Below, one piece after another: positions 21,870-34,677 of a DNA stretch of 64,000 nucleotides. A model generated the notes under the pieces. The model did no database searches. It was not told where the DNA came from and worked only from the letters and a program-made list of their open reading frames with translations. The DNA is taken from contig NW_026262734.1 in the NCBI RefSeq assembly GCF_021869535.1, positions 101,680,001 through 101,744,000 of the forward strand, read 5' to 3'. Both the position numbers and the translations under genes were made by a program. Source of the DNA: Mytilus californianus. Its lineage: Eukaryota. Numbering within the stretch: the first letter of the stretch is position 1; every line of letters starts with the position of its first letter.

Positions 21870-23490
21870 AAGGAAGAGGGACAAAAGATACCACAGGGAC
21901 AGTCAAACTCAGATATCGAAAACAAACTGACAACGCCATGGCCAAAAATAAAAAGACAAACAGACAAATCATAGTACAGATGACACAACATAGAAAACCA
22001 AAGACTAAGCAACACGAACCCCACCAAAAACTGGGGGTGATCTCAGGTGTTCCGGAAGGGTAATCAGATCCTGCTCCACATGTGGCACCCGTCGTGTTGC
22101 TTATGTTATTACAATTCCGGTAAAAAGTCTAATTCGGTAAGTCACATTCGTGAAAAGGGAAGGGTATTGTAGTTACGACATAAGGAACATATCCGATATC
22201 ATCTGTGAAACGGTTATTCCATAACGGTCAACCAACTCGTGATGGCGTCCGTAAAATTTACAAAGGGATGGTTTCAACTTCACCATTTGGAACTCTTGGT
22301 TTAATAGCTTCCTTGTGAGCAGCAATCCTCTATCAAGGAAATCATGATAGGAAACACAAGCCCGGGAATATCGTATCAATTGGGAGATATATACTCCGTA
22401 TGCAGGCGCTGCTGGGATGTTGCTACATAGAAATGGAAAGTTCACAATTGGGAAGCTGAAATAATCACTTTTGTCGTAAAGTTTTGTTTTCAACCGACCC
22501 TCATTGTCAATTTCTAGATGTAAGTCTAGATATGAGGCAGACTTAACAGTATCTGTAATATCCTTTATCTCTAGTTCGATGGGATAGATTCGTTCAACAT
22601 AGTCACCAAATTTTGTATTATTTAGTGAGAAAACATCATCTATATAGCGGAACGTAGAGTTAAAGGATATTGCTAACTTCTTATCTTTCTTCCTAAGAAG
22701 TTCCTGTATGAAGTCAGCCTCATAATAATAAAGAAACAAGTCGGCAAGAAGAGGGGCACAATTGGTTCCCATTGGAATTCCGACAGTCTGTTGAAAAACA
22801 CGTCCTCCAAACGTAAGAAATATGTTGTCAATCAAGAAATCAAGCATCTTGATAATGTCAGTTTCAGAGAATTTTTTGTTTGAATCAGAGTTATTCTTTA
22901 CAAAGTAGGATTTATCCCTCCCCATGACAAGATACTTGTATCTACGTTCGCCATTCTTTTTAATGAAACAAAGTAATACCAACTCTTTCAATTTGTCTTT
23001 TAGTTTGGAATGGGGAATACTTGTGTAAAGTGTAGAAAAGTCAAATGTTTTAATACTATTGCAAGATGAGAGAGTCTTAGATTGTATGTACTCTAAAAGA
23101 TCTTTGGAATTTTTTAGTATCCACATCTGATTCACGCCACCTCTAGAATAGGCAGTTTCACAATAACTTTGGAGCCCGGCTTTGATTGCTGATAAAACAG
23201 ATATTAATAATTTAGAAAGAGGTTTCGTGGAGCACTTGGAAGACCCAGCAATATACCGTTGTTTGTAAGGAACATAGAACAGATCTATGATCTATGATTC
23301 TCCAGGATTTCCTCTTTGGTAAGTTTCGTGAGGGTATATGCTGAGTTTCCAAGTGAATTGTCAATACCTAATTCATTTATCAAGCAGTTTATGTAATAAT
23401 ATTTACACACAAAAACGATGTTGTTTGGGGCTTTATCTGCGGGGACAACATATTTTTCATGGAATTAGATCAAGTGTCTAAAGATAAGGA
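21870..23490 (-). mobile_element. 5'-truncated Penelope-like retroelement, Naiad-type (RT without C-terminal endonuclease)
   Basis: RT ORF with TFDFSTLYT, GIPMGTNCAP and FRYIDD motifs; upstream VPADKAPNNIVFVCK; 3' UTR with the AGCAACACGA/TCGTGTTGCT closing stem. The ORF stops after the thumb with no GIY-YIG domain, as expected for N-terminal-EN PLEs. Confidence 0.93.
22173..23135 (-). pseudogene. Penelope-like reverse transcriptase, 320-codon open remnant
   Basis: ORF-track protein contains RT motifs A (DFSTLYT), B (GIPMGTNCAP) and C (YIDD). The upstream part is broken by a 74-nt deletion and a 7-nt duplication near 23270-23300. Confidence 0.9.
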
Positions 23491-23514
23491 AATGTCTACC
23501 ATTTTTGTTTTGGC

Positions 23515-23790
23515 GGAAACTATAGTAGATATAGAGAAAATTTAAACAACAAAAATGATGAGCAGAACAAATGTCAACGTGACTGAAATCGTTAGTCGAC
23601 TACATAGTAGGTTTTGTCTTTCAAAGACAATGTGTTTTTTTTTTAATTCTGCATAAACTACTCGTATAGTAGATAGAGATAAACTGAAACAGCAAAAAAT
23701 ATCAACAGGACAAGTATTTACTACTAAAAGGTCAACATGGTCGAAATCGTCATTCGACTCTTAATAAGAGTTTTTACCAAAAACTATAGG
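23515..23790. repeat. Degenerate ~145-bp tandem units; related sequence at 21480-21780 on the other side of the Penelope-like insertion
   Basis: TATAGTAGATA at 23521 and 23665; TCAAC(G/A)TG(A/G)(C/T)(T/C)GAAATCGT(T/C)A(G/T)TCGACT at ~23575, ~23732 and ~21665. Confidence 0.6.
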
Positions 23791-24277
23791 ATATATTCTT
23801 ATTTTATTTTATTTTTATACAGTTTGATGGAAATTTGCCAGATCATCAACATAGGCTCCTTTGCGCTCCTTTCACTTTCAGACAAAAACAATCTTTTACT
23901 TCGATCTAATTCGGTAGAAGTGTAATACTGAATAAAATTAATTCATTAGAAGTACATATTTAAGGCAACTCTCCAAAAACTATGTCTAAGATCTAGATTT
24001 GGATTTTGATATTCTATATAAAAAAGGTCAACTTTAAAATCCGTTATGTTTGACGTTGGTTGTATTCGTATTTTTTGTTTCACATATTAAACACTATTAA
24101 TAAGCTTTTAAAATCCACACCAGATCTCAAAAGGAGTTAACCAGAGCAAACAAAATATCAAGGTAGTAGAATTGTTGATTAGGCTGTATCGTTCGTCTGC
24201 CAAATATATAATTAAACATGAACTTAAAAAAAAATGATCGTCAAATATTCATTATTTTGTAAGGTATATACACGAAG

Positions 24278-24547
24278 ATTAATTGATTGATTGACTGGTG
24301 TTTAAAACAACTTTCAGCACTATTGTACTATTTCGTGGCGGTCAGTTTTTATTGGTAGAGAAGTCGGACTGTCCAGAGAGAATCACCGACCTTCGGTAAG
24401 AAAACTGACAATCCAATTCTATTAAGATTGGAGTCGAGCGCACCAACCACGTGCGGGATTCGAACTCACAACCTCATTATTGATACAGCTATACAGGCTA
24501 TTAATTAAGTAGTTCGACTAATTAGCCCACTCGGCCATCAAGGCTCC
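24278..24547 (-). mobile_element. tRNA-derived SINE, V-domain type
   Basis: Minus strand has an A box (TGGCCGAGTGGGCTAA), a B box (GAGTTCGAATCCC), a V-domain-like GGTCGGTGATTCTCTCTGGACAGTCCGACTTCTCTACCAATAAAAACTGACCGCCACG and a (TCAA)n tail. Confidence 0.75.
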
Positions 24548-26089
24548 TGTTCATACACGAAGAAGGTGTCTCATTTGATCGACAGATAACTGTTTAAGAT
24601 AATTTCGAAATACTTTCAGAAAATAAAAATGACAACAAATGTGGTAACTGCATTAGTTTTCTTCCTTTATAATAGAACAAGAAGTTACGCGCGGAATAGT
24701 TGTCTGACGAAAAATAAAAAAGGACCAATCGTATCAACTCATTACTGTCAAACGACTGCTGACCAAATACTAAGTCATTATGTCAAGTAGTTTTGCGCAA
24801 GTGCGAGGAAGATATGAGATGGAGGAACGAACGGTTGACCTGCAATATCGTATATGACAGAACGATACTATCAACCTGACTTATGATAAGCGTATATTTA
24901 TTTATCAAGGAGTTAATTTAAATAATATACACATGGATTAATTCATAAAAAATAAAATTTTAACCAGAAGTTCACCCCAAAAAACAACCAAAACCAAAAC
25001 AATATTAAAAAACTAAAAGACAAAAAAACAGAGCGATATTCACTTACTTGCATTTTCAAATTGAGGCAGATTAAATGGGTTGGGATAAATAAACTTAAGA
25101 AGAACAATCGTCAATTGGAGGTGATTTCTGTGCGTACTTTTCTATCTTAATATAAATAAAAGTACATAAAGTATGAACACCGATGAAACAGTCTTTCAGA
25201 TTGTTTGTTTATTTTCTGAATGAACACCAATAAAACAGTCGCACGGATTTAATAACACATTAAGAATTTAACATACTAATCTTTCAGATTGTTTGTTTAT
25301 TTTCTGATTTGTTTCTTGTTTTTGGCTATTTTTTGGATGAAAAAAATTTAATCCATTCATAGGCTATCCCTTGTGTGCAACCGTTTAATTTGAAATTATA
25401 CAATTTAAAGTACTTATGGGTTTTGGTCATTAGTTTAAATTCTAATTCGTTTTAAATGTTTCGGGAGTGCTGAGAACTTATGATGAATAAAAACACATTC
25501 TTTTGCCATGAAATCCATTCTACTCTTTTGGAATAAATTGTTTCATTCCTTGCATAACTTGGTACCTTTTCAATGCGTACTATAAGTATTTACTAATGCC
25601 ATTTCCTACCAGTATATAGAAACACAACTGTATGTTTTAATCTAGTTAGGGTACAAGGTTTTATTTGTAGATATTTACTCTAGTGTTCGGAAGCAGGCAT
25701 CATGTCTGTCATATTTGTTTTTTGTAAATTGTTTTGTAAATTATGCCGTTAGTTCTCTCAATTGAATTGTTTCATATTTTTCATGTCTGGGCCTTTTATA
25801 GCCGACTATACGGTATGAGTTTTTCTTATTGTTGAAGGTCGTACGGTTGCCTATAATTGCTCACATCCAGTTCATTTGAACTTTGGTGGATAGCTGTTTC
25901 ATTGGCATTCATACCACATCTCCTTATTTTTATATCAATATTATGACAAAAGAAGACAAATCATCTATCTGCCGCTTTAATATCAAATATGTTACAAGCG
26001 TAAAAAAATACATGTAAATAAAAACGAGATGGATTTAACAATCTTAAATTCTTACGAAATTAATTTTAAAAAAGATTGTAATATATTAA

Positions 26090-26580
26090 GGTTAACGCGG
26101 GTTGTATAAGCGATTACCTGTGTCTGAGCAGAAAGTTGATGAACCAGGGTTATGTCAAAGAACGTTGCGTCCTTTTTCTAAGAAAGTTCATCGGAAGATA
26201 CCAAGACCTTGGTGATAGATATTCCTTATCAACTTCACAAATAATACACGATGGTCTTAAAGTATAGCTTCTAGGTGTTGACGTTTTTTATCATCTTGAT
26301 TACGTGTTATACTGTTCTTTTTATTTGTCATTGTATATTTGTAACCTTTACTGTTTAGGCCATTTTTGATAATATCTTTTTGGCGTGGCTCTGTATTTAT
26401 ACATCCCGCCATTGTGTTATTGTGCTGTGGTCATTTTTTTGTATTCTTGTCTTTCATTTTTGCTGATGTGATTTGTCTATAGAGTGTCTATATGCTATTG
26501 TGTTTTTCTTTGTTGACATAGCTGTTTGTATTTATAGTGAATAAGATAAAGAAACAATGTTGACTGCTGTACCCCATTTT
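26090..26580 (+). mobile_element. Penelope-like RT C-terminal fragment of a second family plus 3' region
   Basis: Reads RKLMNQGYVKERCVLFLRKFIGRYQDLGDRYSLSTSQIIHDG, parallel to RKLLNQEFQMVKLKPSLCKFYGRHHELVDRYGITVSQMISD. Confidence 0.6.
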
Positions 26581-26598
26581 TTACATTTTTACCTATTA

Positions 26599-26802
26599 TG
26601 AAATTGAGAATGGAAATGGGGAATATGTCAAAGAGACAACAACCTGACCAAAGAGCAGACAACAACCGAAGGCCACCAATGGTTCTTCACCGGAGAAAAT
26701 CCCGCACCCGGAGGTGGTCCTCAGCTGGCCCTTAAATAAAATTGTTAACTAGTTCAGTGAAAATGGACGTCACACTAAACTTCAAAACATATAAATGAAC
26801 TA
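26599..26802 (+). mobile_element. Dispersed repeat (AAATTGAGAATGGAAATGGGG family)
   Basis: Near-identical to 4138-4335. Confidence 0.85.
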
Positions 26803-27029
26803 ACATTCAGCGGTTGCTTAAAAAACTATAGTTCTTTGGTCATCTGAATTTCTTACTTATTATCAGTAAAAGGGTAATAATATGTGATATATGGGATCCT
26901 TTTAAGGTATGTCCATCAGACAGCCAGGGTTCTCCTGACCTCGACCTCATTTTATGGAAAATCGATTTAGTTTACGTGATTAGGTCAATTTCTCAGGTAC
27001 AATAAGCAGAGGTTCAACTACTAGTATCT

Positions 27030-27300
27030 CTGTAGCCTGTCCCCAGTCAGTAGCCTGTAATACAGTGGTTGTCGGTTGCTGTTGTCATATTTGTTTTTTT
27101 CTGTTAATTATACTGTACATAAATCAGACCGTTAGTTTTCTCATTTGTCATTTCGGGTTCTTTATTAGTTTGCTGTGCGGTATGGGGTTTGCGAATTGTT
27201 CAAAGTCGTATGATGACCTATAGGTGCTTACTTCTACGTCATCTGGTCCCCAGATGGAGAGTTGTTGCATTGGCATTCATACCACATCTTCTTATTTCTA
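27030..27300 (+). mobile_element. Dispersed repeat (CCTGTCCCAAGTCAGGAGCCTGTAATTCAGTGGTTGTC family), partial
   Basis: Homologous to 27610-27942, 41830-42110 and 25700-25935; ends CATACCACATCTTCTTATTT. Confidence 0.75.
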
Positions 27301-27609
27301 TATATGTGGTGTATAAAACTCTGGTAAAGTATACATGGCCGTCCAGTAGGTTTCACTTGACTTTGACCTCATCGTCATGGTTCATTGGTCAATGTTAAGT
27401 TTTTTTGTTTTCTCAGACACTATGAGCAATAGGTCAGCTATATTTGGTGTATGGAATGTTTGTTAAATGCACATGGCTGTCTTTATGTATCATATGACAT
27501 AGACCTCATTTGCATGGATCATTGATAACGTTAAGTTTATGTGATGATTGTAGTAAAACCATTATCTTAAAAGACTTTCAGCATAATATCAATCGTGATG
27601 TCACCAATG

Positions 27610-27942
27610 TCCTAGGTTAGGGGGAGGGTTGGCGCCTTCAGACTAGTTTAATCCCGCCACATTCTGTATGTGCCTGTCCCAAGTCAGGAGCCTGTAATTC
27701 AGTGGTTGTCGTTTGTTGCTGTATATCATATTTTTTTTCGTTCATTACTTTTTCCTAAATCAGGCCGTTAGTTTTCTCGTTTGAATTGTTTTAAATTTTT
27801 CCGGGACTTTTATAGCTGACTATGCGGATTGAGTTTTACTCGTTGTTGAAGGCCGTACGGTAACCTATAGTTGTCATTTGGTCTCTTGTTGAGAGTTGTC
27901 TCATTGACAATCATATCACATCTTCTTATTTTTATACCAAGT
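27610..27942 (+). mobile_element. Dispersed repeat (CCTGTCCCAAGTCAGGAGCC family), near full length
   Basis: GGTTAGGGGGAGGGTTGG...ATCCCGCCACATT...CCTGTCCCAAGTCAGGAGCC...CACATCTTCTTATTTTTATA; several copies in the window. Confidence 0.8.
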
Positions 27943-29574
27943 GATATTTAAACTCAGAAATTGAAGACAAACTCATAACGCAATGGTAAAAAAACAAATT
28001 TAACGACCAAACGACAAACAACGGTCTATAAAACACGATATTTATGTATAGGATAAATGTAAATTGTACATATCTTTCTGGCAGGGTTCGTCTGACCTCG
28101 TCCTCATTTTCATTGTTCAATAGTCAATGTTGTTTTCCTGGTTGAAGCTACAATGTATTTCTCATATACTATAAAAAAAAAAAAATAAAAAAAATAGGTC
28201 AACAGTAATTGGAATATGTAATAATTGTAAGTTGCACATGTTTGTCTTTTAAAATGTGACTTGATGCAATACAAATGTTGTGAAGTGACTAAAGGCAAAC
28301 ACAAAACTAGAGTTAAAGATACAGAGCGAAAAACGTGAAGTGAGGACAATAGAAAAGTAACTCTTCAAAAAGCGATTATGGTGACAAAATCAACGTCATT
28401 AGCCATTCAATTTCAAAGGGATTTCGAAACCCAAAATATACATGTTTGCTTAAATAATACCTATAATTTAAAAGCATCACTCAAACAGAAGACTATGTAA
28501 TGACAATCCTGAACAACGCTTATATTTAAAAAATCTAAATAGCAATTAACATTATATTTTTATTTTTTCTCAAAAAACCACACATGTATACAGTGTATGA
28601 AAAGAGGACGGGATTCTGTTAACAATGAGTAGTAGGTTATTTGAATCAAATAGTGTTCGTCGTTGTTTGTCTTTTTTCTCTGTGTACAACGATTCTATTG
28701 GGAATCGGGTCAAACCTAATATGAACATGTAAGTATTGTAGATTGTAAACGTACTTCTCTTGTGATTGCGATGGGTATTTTTACATTTTTACCTATGTAG
28801 TAACATAGTGATATCATTTCAACGAAACTACTGTGAGACAGCTTCACAGAAATTTTTGAAAAACAAGTTGCTTTCTTTAAAAAAAAGAATAGCAACACGT
28901 GAACCTAAGACCGCTGACTGCCGGGTCCCCAAAGGATTGTTGCTGAATTTGTGTTTGCTTTTGAATTGAAATAAATGACTATGATTAGAAGTCAGTTGAA
29001 AGTGTATATTGGCATCTACTATTTGAATATACATTTTAAAGCTAGACTATTTTATTTAGTACTTGGGAATGTACATAATTTTCCCGATGATAACCCTTTT
29101 TCAAATCCCAATTTCTACAAACCGGATGACTTATGCAAATTGCACAAATTAAACCAATCGCAATATAAATTTATGCACTCAGCTTGCTTTATAATCTGGA
29201 ATTCTGCATGCATTTATTTTATCTATCATATCTTTATATTTTGCTTCCTGCATGGACCTTCATGTTCTCAACTCGTTATTGAAGCTGTCTTTGCTCATGG
29301 TAATTGTATAGATAAATCTAAAGTCCAATTTCCATGTGCAATGAAACCTGTGGCATGCAACTGATTGGGACATCTTATAAAGAGACTTTTTTTGGTCTAA
29401 TAAAACATCTCAAATTTTAAGGATTTCCTGATTTTACTTAAATCAATTCATATATTCTACAGGGAAACTTGGTTTTAATCTTAATATCTTAATTCAGAAA
29501 TTTTATGAATACCTGTACATACCCTCAAAATAACCAACTTATATAAAAAGGTATGTAGATATGAAAAGATACCA

Positions 29575-29690
29575 GAATTAAAATGATGTTCGCCAGACGC
29601 CAGACTACAAAAAAGCATCAGTGACACTCAAACGAAAAAAGTTAACAGGCCAAATAAATTACAAAGTTAAGGAATCTATTCCTTGGGTAG
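29575..29690 (-). mobile_element. Fragment of a hammerhead-bearing non-autonomous repeat with the core destroyed
   Basis: Minus strand CACTGATGCTTTTTTGTAGTCTGGCGTCTGGCG resembles the recalled CTGATGAGTCTTTTGTAGACGAAACGCGCGTCTGGCG, but GAAA is missing and the CUGAUGA box is altered. Confidence 0.4.
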
Positions 29691-31077
29691 ACAATCCTTA
29701 GCTTTGCGAAAAGGTCAACGTTTATTATAGGACAGTGACTCTAAAAAGAAACAAAAGAGAAACAGCTAGAGGTCAGAATACTGTAAGAAATGATGACCGT
29801 GCATGAAAGTCACATGCCAATCTCTTACAGCCGTGTCCTAAATTTAAATAAGAAAAACGAAAATACGCATTCACGAGTGAAATTAATATTATTGGAATTT
29901 TTGAGAACGCAAACCGATAGTGTGCGTTTGAAATAATGTGAATGTATCAAGACGTGTAGGATAGTTCGGCAACACAGTGAATACAATTTTCAAAACCGTA
30001 CCATAGTACAAATATGTAGATGTTATAAGGTTAAACTATTAAAACAAACAAACAACAATAGAATTGAAATTTTATAATAAACATAGTTTACGTTCCTGTT
30101 AGTAATTTTTTTCCGAAAATTTTTAATATATGTACATGTAGTATCAATAAACACAAACGTCAAGTATTTACGGACGGACATTTTATTTATCAAATGAATC
30201 TATTTCTAAATTCTACCATTCCACTATATGAATAGATTACATGTACTATACAAAATATAAGCAAAGACTTATAAATTCATACTAAAACAGTACAAAAAAA
30301 TTAACATTATGATAGTACTTAATTAAATTTTGTTTTGGTTATTGTAAATAATTATTACGTTTTTTTTTGTGAGCTGCAAGGATTTTAAATCTTTGTGAAT
30401 TGAAAACACACAAGTATTTTTATTCACGACCGTTTAAAATTTAAATATTTAATTAATTTATCATACTTTCCGTTTTATGGATATATTACAATACAAAAAA
30501 ATAAATAACAATCACTTATAAAACCTTACTAAAACGGTAGGAAATAATTAACGTAGAAATATAATTATTATTGTTAATCAACATTTTTTTTTCTGAAAAT
30601 ATTCTGACTTCAATTTAATATTTAGTTTCTACAGAAACATAAATACAGTTTATATTTTGTATATGTTTCTTTGATTTCTATTGAATTAATTAAATTGAAT
30701 ACTTTTGGTAATAATGTTATCTTTATGTTTTCCGATCTTATATACACATTTAAACCAGAATGCTCTATCCTTAGTCTATGATGAAAATACACACGTGGTT
30801 AAATCTTCAGACATAATTAGTTTACATGTTATCATGACAATGCACAATACCACGTTATAATTGACCTAGATACACACAGTGTACAGGGGTCGTTTTAAAA
30901 CAAATATAATTATGTTGTCATAATACTTATTTAGAAACTTTCACATCAAAGCGCTTATAAACATTCACATTATTAAAAACATATATGGTTTGTGAAAAGG
31001 CAAAAAGGTTCTTATATTTAAACGATTTATTGACTGCAACCTAGCCTTATTGTTTACTTTCCAATTTACTTTGATAG

Positions 31078-31681
31078 TGTAATGTCACGTGGTAGCCAAG
31101 CAAAAGAGGGACCGTATCAAAGACGTAGATAACTACCTGTATAAATGATCGAAAACTTTGGAGACGTTCCGAGAATTTCATTTCGACTTCCGGCCGAGAG
31201 ATATCGAGTGGCCCATTGACACATCAAAAACTCGCCAATATATAAGCGTGAACCCCCTGAGGCAATTAGAAGAATGCTAGTGGACAGAAATCTTTAGAAT
31301 TATGTAGCATTTATTGCCCTGATTTTTTGTTGACTGTTCTATACCGTATTTTTGACTTGACAATGCAATATCATGTACATGTATGATTTATGTGACTTTT
31401 ACTCAAGACTATATATCGTCTGCCAATTCAAGAATACCAAATTCTTCTGATCGTATTCCACTGTTACACAATGACGCAGGATGTTACTTGTTCACTAAAA
31501 TATTTTTTTTTCTATTAAAAACAATTGTTTTAAGTTTGAAATACAATGTATTTTGAAGTGTGTGGCTTATTGCGACTACCGAAGTTACGAACTGTCTTTT
31601 ATTTGTTTGGCTCCGACAACAAGGGTGACTCAGATACCCGTATATTGCAAGAGGGAGAACCAGATTACTGCCGTAGTAACA
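31078..31681 (+). mobile_element. Possible solo LTR
   Basis: Starts TGTAATG and ends GTAGTAACA, has a TATATAAG box at ~31240 and is more GC-rich than its flanks. The flanking 5-mers GATAG / GATTA match only 3 of 5. Confidence 0.3.
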
Positions 31682-32508
31682 GATTAGGATGAGGACACTG
31701 TCATAGCGATGATTTAATCAAAACTGGCTTTAAAATTGTTCATTTTTACAACTGGAATAAAATGTTTATGTTAATCACAAAATGGACGCTTTCGTTCAGT
31801 GGTGAGCCTTTTAAAACATCTCTAAAGTAGTAATTTTAATCAATATAAAGATGCAAAATGTGAAATTATAATTGTATAGTGGATTAGTGAAAAGTCAATA
31901 CCGAAGTGTGTTATCTTTTGAAAAGCTGAATATGAAGATCAAGTAACTATAAAATTTGCACCACAAATTCTTGTTAAAAAAATTCGTTCAACTTTGATAC
32001 GTTTAACTGAACATCGAAAAAATAATAAATTCAACTGTTATACTTGCTGAAAAAACTTGCTTTTATTATCTGCGTTGTCAATTTGTCGTCGACTTATGTG
32101 TTGTAGGATCCCTTTGGTATCTTTCGCCTCTGTTTTTATATTATTGAATATCCCTACAATAGTTCAATATTTATATAGAATGTACGTAAAATGTACCTAA
32201 AACTTTTTCAAAATTATCTTTTCTATATACCCAGTTCGTAGATTTTCCTTACACGTCGATATGTCGTCCCGTTGTGCAGGCATAAAACGTTGTTTTTTTT
32301 TCGACGTTTTTCAATACCAACACGGTAACACATTTGTCAATACATTCAGAACTCATTCAACAATTCTCAGAAAATAAAAGTGAAAATACATTATTTTTTT
32401 CGATTTTTAGTTTAAATTTTACATTCATCAGTTGTTTGCATAATCTGACTCGATTCATTTACTGTATCTTGACCGTAATGCATTGTGCTTATGTGCTTGA
32501 CAAACTAT

Positions 32509-33179
32509 CTAATTCATATTGTGTTCTGTGTCTTCCTCGTTCTCTTCGTCGTCCTCAACTTCAACAATGCCAAGACATTCTCCAAACCATCTAGCAAAGG
32601 TTCTCACCTGTTCTTGCAAAAGATCAAAACACATAGCTAATAGAGTTAATCCAAAGAGCAGATAAATGGCACATATAAACTGTTTTGGTTGACTTTGCCA
32701 CGAATCTAAACTATGCCCTGGGACAACATCACCGAATCCAATAGTCGACAAGGTGATGAAACAAAAGTAAGCAGACGTTAGTATGTCCCAACTAGTTTCC
32801 CATAAATGAAAAAGCAATGTTCCAATTAGTGTATACGTTATAACGAGTAAACTGCAAACAATTATGGGCACGTGCTGCGGAGGCGGCAGAGTACGAGTAG
32901 GAATATAAACTATTAATTTGTTCTCTTCGATTATAGTGCCATCTTCACCTTTGACCTTTTCATGGCGAATAGTTGTTTGTGGAAGTGGTAAAGCATGTCC
33001 AATGCCAAAATTCCGTTTATTTCTAACGACTGGTATCCTGTTATAAAAGATCTGAAATCCTTTTCCAAGAAGGGATCCAATATTTGCTAGACACAACAAT
33101 GTCAGTGGTATTCCAAAGAATGCATATATCATTGTAACAATTCTTCCCCATGCAGTTTTAGGTGTAATGTGACCATAAC
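32509..33179 (-). CDS. Two-pore-domain potassium channel (K2P/TWIK family), coding exon 2 (end of P1, M2, M3, P2, M4, C-terminus)
   Basis: Acceptor CAG at 33182-33180; the exon starts GT TAT GGT CAC, completing TIG-YGH. Then [22 protein letters not shown] (M2), [21 protein letters not shown] (M3), [15 protein letters not shown] (P2) and [22 protein letters not shown] (M4); stop at 32511-32509. Confidence 0.97.
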
Positions 33180-34540
33180 CTGTAAAGAAAATATGTTGAT
33201 GGTTATTGTTTGCTTAACGCAGGTAAAATGAATGATAGACAGATCGGAAAAGGTTCGCCTAAACTTGTGAAACCGAAAAGGATGCATCCTTCTGATTGGA
33301 TGCTATAATTAGTTATTGAAAAATTAATGGATTGCTTAATTGCCTAACATCCGGGGCAAATATTGCATGCATATTCAGAATGAGAACAAATGAACTATAA
33401 ATTCAAAAGTTATTTTCTACAATGGAGGTCGACAGAGAAGAATACCAGGAAATCTGACTTGTATATTGGATATGGACATAGTTTTGCCTATACGAGGCCT
33501 CGGTTTTAAGAATCTTATTCCCACAGGACCTGACTGCGTATTTATATATCCAGCACAGCCAGATGACATTCCTTTTTTTGGCATTTATTTCACAACCGTC
33601 GACAGGAAGAAGTCTAGGTGCCCAGAAAATTAAACACAAGTCATCCTGCGAAGTTGATCCCCTACTGAATACCAAATTAAAACATTTTCTGAAATGAATT
33701 TAAAAATACGAAAATGTGATAGGATTGCTGTAAGACAACTATCCATTACTATAGGTCACCATACAACCTTTAGCAATGAAAACAATCCATACATTTTAGT
33801 AAGATGTTGAAGATCCCGCCGTTACAAAATGTGAGACAATTAAAAAAAAACTTATTATGGTTATAACAAACGGGGAACGAATACGACAAAAAGCAACTAA
33901 GACAACCACTCAGTATTGCCAAAAATCACGTTTTGTTTTGGTAGATATGGATAAAAGAGTAAGATAATGGAAACTATTTCAAAGCTCATGTTATGCAGTT
34001 GAAACAATAATAGTTTTGAAATGCAATAAACACTACCTACAATTATTTACCAACACGCACGTTCATAAGTAACAAAACTTAGCCTGTCAGATATCAAGTC
34101 AAATATGTCATATAATTAAGCTAATATATATCATTATTATTCCAAAAGGTATTTTCTAAAAGCCACTTTGAGCAATAGACGACTTTTGAATTCGTGCATT
34201 TTCCCGTATACTTGCTTATGTTGTTACGTCAAAGAACGAATCGATTGTTCAATGACGTCATTTACTCAACTTGTTCTCGGGTCAACCAGTGTAACTCACT
34301 CATTAAAAAAACTCGAGATTGGTCTATATGAATAGACAAAGATATTGAGTAAATGTTAATTACACATCAACCCACATTCATAAATAGGCACTCAAATGTC
34401 ATTGAGTTCATCCGACGTCAACAGCCATGAACAATAGACAACTGTCTATCAATATGTCAAACAATTATACAGTATTGAAACACAATTGAACAAAAACAAC
34501 CAAAGGTCAACAATAGGTTTAAGATCCCTACTAATATATT

Positions 34541-34677
34541 AATAACACATAGTGGAGAGGGCGATAGAGCAGATTGTTACCCCGAGAGAACATTGTCAAC
34601 TGAGGCGAAGCCAAGGTTGACAATGTCTTTTCGAGGGATAACAGTCTGCTCTATCACCGTCTCATATATGTGTTATT
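34541..34677. mobile_element. Short palindromic (hairpin) MITE-like element in the K2P intron
   Basis: ~60-bp arms (AATAACACAT...CATTGTCAAC / GTTGACAATG...ATGTGTTATT) with a loop containing GGCGAAGCC. The adjacent 34682-34900 segment is bounded by TTATTATACT/AGTATAATAA; a partial arm recurs at ~35944. Confidence 0.85.

Noticed and set aside
22173-23135. Active or domesticated reverse transcriptase gene
   Set aside because: 5'-truncated, with a 74-nt deletion immediately upstream and no endonuclease; it is about 90% similar to clearly dead copies.
24440-24547. tRNA gene
   Set aside because: A and B boxes are present but no cloverleaf can be built, and the sequence continues into a SINE body and tail.
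28716-29364. Cluster of overlapping 60-129-aa ORFs
   Set aside because: No frame gives a recognisable domain; it may be decayed coding sequence but I cannot support a call.
32334-32594. Antisense ORF overlapping the K2P stop
   Set aside because: Starts at a non-ATG codon and is explained by low stop density opposite a real exon.
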